A DNA stretch of 64,000 nucleotides, taken from Thecamonas trahens ATCC 50062 (lineage: Eukaryota; Protista; Apusomonadida). The stretch spans positions 213,487-277,486 of the forward strand of contig NW_013657659.1 in NCBI RefSeq assembly GCF_000142905.1, given 5' to 3'. This document shows positions 56,098 through 64,000 of the stretch, in pieces. Made by a program: the position numbers and the translations under genes. Within the stretch, counting starts at the first letter, position 1. Every line of letters starts with the position of its first letter. The notes beneath the pieces were generated by a model. It was not told where the DNA came from. It saw only the letters and a list, made by a program, of their open reading frames with translations, and did no database searches.

Positions 56098-57816
56098 TCA
56101 TTTGGGCAGGTGCTGCGCAGCGGCGCCAGCGGCGACGCCAGTGCAATCCTGGACCCATGAGCGTGGAAGGTAGGCCATCCACCACTGATCGGGGCCAAAG
56201 AGAGGGACAACGCACGAGGAGCGGATGGCGTACCACTCGCGGGTGTACAGAACCATCAGCAGGCCGTTGCCGAGCGCAAGCATGAGCCAGAGGAACAGAT
56301 TCCAGTACGAGGCCTTGTTGGCGGTAAGAGTGATAAAGATGACGCCCGGCCCGCCAAACATCAGCAGCAGGACCGGATAGACAAAGCCGAGGGCGGCGGC
56401 GATGATGTACTCGTGCAGGACGGCCGAGACAAAAAAGGCAAACAGCTGGGCGGCACCGCGGCCCAGGCCGAGGAACTCCATCGAGTCCGAGTAGAGGTAG
56501 GCGCGGACCCAAAGGTGGACGACCGAGTTCCACCGGCGATAAAACGAGCCCCACGAGGTGGCGTTCCACCAGTCCGAGTAGAAGCGGCGGTCGGCAAAAC
56601 GGGTGATTTCGGCCCAGGCGTTGAGCCAGGCATGGAGCAAGCCCCAGAAGGCCATGATGTACAGCAGCATGGCGGGCATCATCGACGAGAAGACCGAGAG
56701 TACAAACGGCTTGTAGGCAAACGGCGCGTTGGCCGCTTTTTCAAACTGCGGGCCCACGTACCGGAACACAATGTACGCGCAGTAGACGACGGCCACGATC
56801 TCGGCAATGTAGCGGAGAACAAGCGCATAGCGCGTGCGATACGTCCGCGGATACGATCGCCGGTAGAGAAAGGTCGGCGCAAACATAAAGTATGTGTACG
56901 CTTCGACCTCATTGCCGAGCGTCCATCCGTCAAAGGCCACAGGCTCGGCGGCGAGGAGCGTGCCGGCCGCCACCGTGGAGTGCGGGTAGTCGTCCGAGTC
57001 CGCAGGGTACGACTCGCGGAGATACGAGTGGATCTTCATCGAGATCCGCGTCTGCTCCAGCATAAATGCCAGGCCTGATGCCGGCGGCAGCTCCAACCGC
57101 CGTACCGCATACCCAGCCGCCGCGTAGAGGCCGAGCTGGTACACCGCGTACGCGCACACCGCCGCACACCGCAGCGCGCGCGACATCGAGCAGTGGCACA
57201 CGTACGCGATGGGGAGAATGGCATACGAGGCCCCAAAAAGGACAAACCACATGAGAATGACCGTATCAAACTGGCCAAAGCACCACCAGATGAGCGAGAG
57301 GTCGACAAAGAGGGTGCCTGACTCGAAAAAGTCCTGGATGAAGATGTTCAGCCCGGCCATGATGATGACCGTCACAAAGAGATTGTGGATGGTGGCGTAG
57401 TCGCGGATAGCAAGCATCTGCGTCAGCTTGGACTTGCAGGGCGTGAAGACCCACTTGAAGCCGCCATCGCTGCCGCCGGTTCTCCCACGCCCGCCCTTGC
57501 TTCGGCTCTCGCCCTTGCGCGGCCCGTCGACACCTGAGCCCAGCTCGGCCTTGCCGCCGCGGAGCGCACGACGCAGCGACTTGGTAGTCTGCTGACCGGC
57601 ACCCTCCATAAGCTCGTCGACCCGCTTGATAAGGCGGGCAAAGCGCGAGTCCATCTCCTCACGCGCCCCGTTGATGAGCGCCAGCGCCTCCTCCCGCACC
57701 GCCGCCTGCGCGGTAGCCACGGCTGCCTCTGCCCGCACCGTTGCCTCGGACTCGGCTGCCGATACTGCCGCCAGCACCTCCTGAGACAGAGTCGCTGCCA
57801 CAGACGGGCTCTCCAT
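56098..57816 (-). CDS. SOAT1: Sterol O-acyltransferase (MBOAT; ACAT/SOAT)
   Basis: MKIHSY, FAPTFLYRRSYPR, FADRRFYSDWWN, RRWNSVVH and catalytic SAVLHEY. Start placed at MESPSV. Confidence 0.92.
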   Translation of the reverse strand: MESPSVAATLSQEVLAAVSAAESEATVRAEAAVATAQAAVREEALALINGAREEMDSRFARLIKRVDELMEGAGQQTTKSLRRALRGGKAELGSGVDGPRKGESRSKGGRGRTGGSDGGFKWVFTPCKSKLTQMLAIRDYATIHNLFVTVIIMAGLNIFIQDFFESGTLFVDLSLIWWCFGQFDTVILMWFVLFGASYAILPIAYVCHCSMSRALRCAAVCAYAVYQLGLYAAAGYAVRRLELPPASGLAFMLEQTRISMKIHSYLRESYPADSDDYPHSTVAAGTLLAAEPVAFDGWTLGNEVEAYTYFMFAPTFLYRRSYPRTYRTRYALVLRYIAEIVAVVYCAYIVFRYVGPQFEKAANAPFAYKPFVLSVFSSMMPAMLLYIMAFWGLLHAWLNAWAEITRFADRRFYSDWWNATSWGSFYRRWNSVVHLWVRAYLYSDSMEFLGLGRGAAQLFAFFVSAVLHEYIIAAALGFVYPVLLLMFGGPGVIFITLTANKASYWNLFLWLMLALGNGLLMVLYTREWYAIRSSCVVPLFGPDQWWMAYLPRSWVQDCTGVAAGAAAQHLPK

Positions 57817-58124
57817 GGACCACCGAGAGTGAATGAGAGTGGAGTGCCTGCCTGGTCGGTCGCCGAGTGCGGGGAAGGAGGTACAGGCGCACAGGCCGAC
57901 GTGAGGCACGGCCAGGCAGAGGGAAGGAGGCTCATCAAGCAGCGGCAGTGTGGATGTGGGCAGCCTGCTGGGTCGGATGCGTTGTGATGGGGCGACGGCA
58001 TTGTAGTGGGAAGGCTGGTGCGGCGATCGATGCCTTGGTTGATGCCTAGTCAGTGTGGTGATCGCTGCGGCCGTCATCATAGTCGGTGCGGTATATGAAG
58101 CGGCCGATGCAGTGGATGAGGATG

Positions 58125-58236
58125 ATCGACACCTTGGACGATGCCTTGGACGATGCCTTGGTCGATGCCTTGGTTGATGCCTTGGTTGATGCCTTGGTCG
58201 ATGCCTTGGTCGATGCCTTGGTCGATGCCTTGGTCG
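58125..58236. repeat. 12-bp tandem repeat (GTCGATGCCTTG), about 9 copies, in the divergent SOAT/VPS41 promoter
   Basis: Directly visible. Two further copies lie near 58026-58049. Confidence 0.92.
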
Positions 58237-58361
58237 TCGCCTGGCTGCGCCTGGCGACAGGAGCATGCGGGACCAGCCATGGCCAGAAGCACCTCTCTCT
58301 CTCTCTTGTCCCCCACCCCCCCATACACACACAGCTACCTACCCTTGCATAGAGACAGGGT

Positions 58362-61300
58362 ATGAGCGGGAGTGGGTCGGGCTCGGTAGGCTCGTACTAC
58401 TACTCGTACTCGGACGGGGGAGTAGACGACGGTGTGGCTGGCCATGGCTCGTACGACGACGGCTCCTCGCACTCGGCGTCATCGTCATCGGTGGCCCTGG
58501 AAGAGCCAAAGCTCAAGTACTCGCGGGTGGGCGCAGACCTCATCCGCATTGTCCAGAAGGATGCCATCGTCTGTCTGGAGGCTGGGCCAAAGTTCTTGGT
58601 ACGTGTGTGTGTGGGCCGGGGGGGGGCACGTGCGACCTGTGGCACTAGGCAGGGAAGGGGTGGAAGAGGTGGGATGCGGAGTGGAGGAGGACGGGACGGG
58701 GAGGAGGAGACGGGGAAGCTCGGGAAGGGGGGGGGGGGGAGGAGGGACTCTCGTAGCCAGTGCGGCGCAAGTGTGGTCGCCACAGGCACAGCTTGCGGTC
58801 CAGACTCATGTTTGTACGAGTCCGCCTTTCTGTAGGCTGTGGGAACATCGTACGGAGCTGTGTACCTGACGGACCACCTGGGCAACCTGATCAAAGAGTA
58901 CCACTCGCACAGCATGGGAGTCAACGCGATCTCGATCGACGGGGCGGGAGACTACATCGGAACGTGCTCGGACGACGGGACGGCGGTGGTCAACTCGCTC
59001 TTTGACGAAGAGTCGTACCGGTACACCTTTCAGCGGCCAATGAAGGCCATTGCGCTCTCGCCCAACTTCCGCGACGACAAGGCATTTGTGGTCGGCGGGC
59101 TGGATGGAGTGCTCGTTCTGCGGCGAAAGAAAAAGTGGTCGGCGTTTGGCAAGTCCAAGGACACGATCATCCACCAGGGCGATGGCGCCATCTATGCCAT
59201 CTCGTGGCGCAAGTCGATCATTGCGTGGGCGACGCCTGTGGGGATCAAGATGTACGATCGCGAGACTGAGGAGCGGATCACGTTTATCGAGCGGCCGGCC
59301 GACGCGCCGCGGCCGGACGAGTTCCGCTGCCACCTGGTGTGGGTCAACGATGCGACGCTGCTCATCGGGTGGGCCAACTGGGTCAAGGTTGCAGTCATCC
59401 GGCAGAGCCACGTCAAGTACTGCGAGATCATCGGCTCGTTCCGGACAGACTACTTTGTGGGCGGCATTGCACCGTACAAAGAGGCGATGCTGGTCGTCAT
59501 TGCCTACACCGAGGAGGCGGCGGCGAATGAGAGCGATTCCGGCGAAGGCGCAACGTCATCGCGGCGTGTGGTCGAGACTGTGCCGCGGCGGCCCGAGCTG
59601 CGAATCATCTCGTACGAGAACGACCCGGTCTCGTCGGACGCGCTCGAGACCCACGGCTGGCAGTACACCCACTGCCGCAACTACTCGCTGGCGTACCTCC
59701 ACGACGGCGTCGACGAGATGCTGTACGTCATCTCGCCCAAGGACGTGGTCCTCGCCCAGCCGCGCGGGCCCGACGACCACGTCCATTTTCTCATGGAGCA
59801 CTCCAAGTTTGAGGAGGCGCTGGCCGCGGCAGAGGCGACGGCGAGCCAGCTCCAGTTCTACTCGGTGGCGCAGATCGGGCGTACCATCCTCGACCTGCTG
59901 CTGGAGCGCGGCGAGGTGCGGCGGGCAGCGTCGATGCTGCCGGCAATTCTTAAGGACGACCGTGGCGCGTGGCGCGAGTGGATCCTTCTCTTTGAGGCGC
60001 AGGGCCTGCTCGCCGAGCTCGTCGAGTTTGTGCCGACGACAGCGCCGCAGCTCGAGGCCGACCTTTACGACCTCATTATCACCCACCTGCTTGCCAACGA
60101 CCATGCCGGCCTCCTCACAGTTGTCTCCAAGTGGCCGCCGAGCCTGTACTCGATGACTTCGGTCATCCTGGCGGTCGAAAGGGCGCACGCCTCGTTTGCC
60201 GAGGACGAGGACGAGGGCGCGTCGCCCAAGGTACTCATGGAGGTTCTCGCCAAGCTCTACACTCTGTCAGGCCAGTACGACTCTGCGGTCCAGTTCTGCC
60301 TCGACCTCAACGTCGGTGACGTGTTCCAGCTCATCGAAGAGCACAAGCTCTTCTCCGCCGTCCTCGAGCGCATTCCGCAGCTTGTCGAGGCCGACGCCGA
60401 CAAGGCCGTCGCGCTCCTTGTCAAGTACAAGGACGAGATCCCGCCGGACCACGTTGTGTCTGCGCTCCGCGGGCCGGTACTCGAGGAGAGCCTCCTCCTG
60501 TACCTCCACGAACTGATGAAGAAGGATCCGCACATTGGCTCGGACTACCATGAGGAGCAGGTGGTGCTGTACGCCAAGTACAAGCCGGAGCTCCTGCTCA
60601 ACTTTCTCCGCCAGTCGCAGTACATCCCGCTCGAGCGGGCATTCAAGGTGTGCAAGGGCTCGGAGCTTCACGAGTGCATGGTGTTCCTCCTCGAGAAGAT
60701 GGGCAACACCCGCGAGGCGCTCGACCTCATCATCCGCAAAATCGGCTCAGTCCGCAAGGCCGTTGCGTTTGCACAGGAGCAGGCCGACGAGGAGCTGTGG
60801 GACGACCTCATCTCCAAGTCGATCGAAAAGTCCAAGGTCGAGCCGCAGTTCCTCGGCGAGCTCCTCGAGCACATCGGCGGACACATCAAGCCGGCCAAGC
60901 TCATCTCGCGCATTCCCGAGAACCTTGCCATCCCGCGCCTCCGCGACCGCCTTGTCAAGATCATCACCGACTACAACCTGCAGACCTCACTCCGGTCCGG
61001 ATGCGCCCGCATCCTCCGCAACGACTGTGTCGACCTTATGGAGCGCCTCGTCAAGAACAACCGCCGCGGCGCCCACGTCGCAGGCGCCGCCGAGTGCATG
61101 ACTTGCCGCGCCATGGTCAACGTCTCCTCCCGCGGTGCTCGGAGCACCGACGACGGCGTCGTCGTCTTTTTCTGTGGCCATGTCTACCATCGTGCTTGCC
61201 TTGCCCAGTCGGTGGTCGGCGGCGGCGGTGTCGCTGTGTGTGTCGTGTGCCGTGCGCAGGCGGCTAGCATCAAAAAGTGCTTGCTCTCCTCTCCATGTGG

Positions 61301-61442
61301 AAAACGATACGGTTTAATCAAGACACGGCCCGGGCGTCCCGAGCCTGCAGAATGGACCACAGCTTACGAAAGCATGGCCATGGCGGCGACGACGTCGCTC
61401 TCGATGCCGCACTCGTCGTGGCCGCGGAGGATCTTAAAGTAG
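58362..61442 (+). CDS. VPS41: HOPS subunit VPS41; intron 58599-58835
   Basis: EEPKLKYSR, WD40 region, clathrin-repeat YAKYKPELLLNFLR, IPRLRDRLVKIITDY and a RING-H2. The true stop may be 61267. Confidence 0.95.
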
Positions 61443-62216
61443 CCGTTGTCACCCCAGGCGGTGGTCCACGAGTTCTTGATGAGCCAGTACGGCTCGCCGT
61501 TCTCGGTGCCAAAGCCGACAGGCGAGACGCAGTGGCCGCCGAGCACGCCGCCCGAGGTGTGCTTGTACACGCCCGACTTGTAGTGGATAAAGTCCTCGTA
61601 GACGGTGAAGCAGGCCTCGACGGTACCGTGGGCAACGATCTCCTTGGCAATGTCATCGGCCCGGTTAAGGAACGAGCCAACCGAGTAGGGGCGGCCGACG
61701 TGGAAGGCCTTGCACGACGAGTTGGTAACCTGATGGCACGGCTTGGTGGGCGAGAACGGCGGCTCGCACGGCTGCTGCGACGGCTTGCACGTCGGCTCGG
61801 TGTACGGGTAGCACGACGAGGTCGTGAGCCCGTTCTCGTGGATGAACTCCTGGGCCGCGCCAGCGTCACCGCCCTCGCACCCGTTGCACGGGCCGCACGA
61901 CGTCAGCTGCTGCTCCGACAGCTCGTCCTGGAACTTGCCGCCCGACGCAATGCAGAACCGGTCCGACGCCATCTGCGTCGCGCCGAACGCCCAGCACGAG
62001 CCGCACGAGCCCTGGTTCTTGATGCTCCCGATCTGGGTGCAGTTGGCCCAGTTGGTCACCGAGTTGAACGAGGCCGGGACCTCCACGTCGGGCACCTCGC
62101 CCACAGGCAGCGACGCCTTGAGCACGGGGTTGGGCTTCCACCCGAGCATGCGCTTGACCTCAGCCACGGACGCGTGCTTGAACATCGGGTTGACGCCAGC
62201 CACCCAGCCGGCGTTC
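61364..62216 (-). CDS. CTSB: Cathepsin B-like cysteine protease; upstream exon lies in the gap
   Basis: QGSCGSCWAF, SDRFCI, GCEGG, GGHCV, YWLIKNSW and CGIES. Splice acceptor at 62217-62218. Confidence 0.93.
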
Positions 62217-62364
62217 CTGGAGGGGGGGAAGGGGAGGGGGGGTGAGTGGTTGGACAGCCTTTTTCGGTGCGACTGTGTGATCGAAAGGAGGGGGAGGGGG
62301 GAAGGGGACGGGGGAAGGGAGGGGGGGAGGGGGGGAGGAGGGGAGGGAGAGAGAGAGAGAGAGG

Positions 62365-63009
62365 NNNNNNNNNNNNNNNNNNNNNNNNNNNNNNNNNNNN
62401 NNNNNNNNNNNNNNNNNNNNNNNNNNNNNNNNNNNNNNNNNNNNNNNNNNNNNNNNNNNNNNNNNNNNNNNNNNNNNNNNNNNNNNNNNNNNNNNNNNNN
62501 NNNNNNNNNNNNNNNNNNNNNNNNNNNNNNNNNNNNNNNNNNNNNNNNNNNNNNNNNNNNNNNNNNNNNNNNNNNNNNNNNNNNNNNNNNNNNNNNNNNN
62601 NNNNNNNNNNNNNNNNNNNNNNNNNNNNNNNNNNNNNNNNNNNNNNNNNNNNNNNNNNNNNNNNNNNNNNNNNNNNNNNNNNNNNNNNNNNNNNNNNNNN
62701 NNNNNNNNNNNNNNNNNNNNNNNNNNNNNNNNNNNNNNNNNNNNNNNNNNNNNNNNNNNNNNNNNNNNNNNNNNNNNNNNNNNNNNNNNNNNNNNNNNNN
62801 NNNNNNNNNNNNNNNNNNNNNNNNNNNNNNNNNNNNNNNNNNNNNNNNNNNNNNNNNNNNNNNNNNNNNNNNNNNNNNNNNNNNNNNNNNNNNNNNNNNN
62901 NNNNNNNNNNNNNNNNNNNNNNNNNNNNNNNNNNNNNNNNNNNNNNNNNNNNNNNNNNNNNNNNNNNNNNNNNNNNNNNNNNNNNNNNNNNNNNNNNNNN
63001 NNNNNNNNN
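62365..63009. other. Assembly gap
   Basis: N run. Confidence 1.
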
Positions 63010-63096
63010 CCCCCCCCTCGCCCCACAGCCTCCGACACCACTACACTCCCTCCCTCCCTCCTCCCCCTCTACGTACACACACACACATACAAACGC

Positions 63097-63783
63097 ATGC
63101 AAATGCGTGTCCTCGCTGCTGTTGCTGTGCTTGTACTTGCGGTGGCCCATGGGTGGCTTGTCTCTGGCTCTGTGACTGTGGGGACGGCCAGCTCTGCCTC
63201 GTCGCCGCCTGCACCTGTCGTGCCTGCCCAGCTGACCTTCAGCGCCAACGTGACGACGACCTTCCCGTCGGGCGAGTCGTTCTGGCTGGAGATGGCCGGC
63301 ATGTGGTCGGAGGAGCTGCAGGCGGCGCGGTGGGATACGGTCAAGTCGGGCTCGATTCCGGGCTACCCGGTCTCGGTGGCTGTGGGCGAGTCAGAGGTGC
63401 AGTACTGGCCCGAGCAGAGCAAGTGCCTTGTCGGCTGCCTCGCTGGCGTCAACTGCACCGGCGCACTGTGTGTGCCCGAAACGCTGGCCTACGGCACATG
63501 GATGATTCCGCTTGAGCCATGGCTTTTGCTCGGCGACGCCGCGTACTCGGGCACCTGCGCCCTGGTCAACGACAAGCCGACCGGCGACAAGTTTGTGGTC
63601 AAGGGCGCGTACGACTCGACCTTCACCTACTGTTTTGTCGGCTCAACCATGCACGCCATCAAGATCGCAGGCAACGCCGGCGGCTCGATAGTCATCAAGT
63701 TCTCCAACGTCCAGGCCAAGCCGACGCCGGCCTCGGCCTTTGCCATCCCCTCGTACTGCACCTGCCCCAGCACCGCCGCATAA
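63097..63783 (+). CDS. Secreted Cys-containing protein, possibly ependymin-related
   Basis: Signal peptide, VPAQLTFSA start of the mature region, and C-terminal FSNV...SAFAIPSYC pattern. Confidence 0.55.
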   Translation: MQMRVLAAVAVLVLAVAHGWLVSGSVTVGTASSASSPPAPVVPAQLTFSANVTTTFPSGESFWLEMAGMWSEELQAARWDTVKSGSIPGYPVSVAVGESEVQYWPEQSKCLVGCLAGVNCTGALCVPETLAYGTWMIPLEPWLLLGDAAYSGTCALVNDKPTGDKFVVKGAYDSTFTYCFVGSTMHAIKIAGNAGGSIVIKFSNVQAKPTPASAFAIPSYCTCPSTAA

Positions 63784-64000
63784 GCAGCCATATGCGTAGT
63801 TCATTCATCGCTGCCGTCGCCATACGCTTGCCAGCAGAGCAGGCCTGCCATAACACTCACCCGGCAGCCACAGCGTCTATCCCCAGCCCTTTTCGTAGCG
63901 CGGCTTCCGCGAAAGACTCTCCATGTAGCGGGCGCGCTGGCGAGCGATGCCGCGCAGCCGGGCCTCCTCGCGGGCGTCGGCATGGGTGTCTGCGCCAAAG

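Noticed and set aside
57817-58332. (HRPR)n N-terminal extension of SOAT
   Set aside because: It is the translation of a promoter tandem repeat behind a non-ATG start. The protein plausibly begins at MESPSV.
61364-61442. True coding overlap of the VPS41 and cathepsin B 3' ends
   Set aside because: One extra G at 61259-61260 would end VPS41 at TAG 61265-61267, right after the RING. Probably an artefact.
63801-64000. 3' end of a minus-strand gene
   Set aside because: Short, truncated and without recognisable features.
1-64000. Mobile elements, tRNA or rRNA genes, prokaryotic operons or defence systems
   Set aside because: No transposase, RT or integrase motifs, terminal repeats or canonical RNA gene signatures were seen. 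The content is eukaryotic housekeeping genes with spliceosomal introns.

Overview
Gene-dense, GC-rich eukaryotic (protist) genomic DNA from a draft assembly with three N-gaps. About 32 protein-coding genes are mostly single-exon or carry one 5'-proximal GT-AG intron with a GTACG donor. The gene content and style suggest an apusomonad such as Thecamonas trahens, which is an inference. Recognisable genes: a multi-C2 protein, CDC73, class I FBPase, an ABCA transporter, HOOK, MCU, a J-domain protein, purple acid phosphatase, an SDR, a SAM methyltransferase, NAA15, TAF1B/Rrn7, PITHD1, SERAC1, NFU1, SOAT, VPS41 and cathepsin B. Most notable: (1) an apparent fusion of a catalytically dead CCP5-like tubulin deglutamylase to a TTLL5-like glutamylase; (2) a SAM-PH-polyPro-WCA protein that looks like an unclassified Arp2/3 activator; (3) a predicted dually acylated pseudo-HDAC/coiled-coil protein; (4) CGAC/CCGA-core tandem arrays sitting in divergent promoters; (5) a candidate structured ncRNA. 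Several genes carry apparent frameshifts at homopolymers, most likely sequencing errors. All family calls come from motif recognition by eye; no searches were run.
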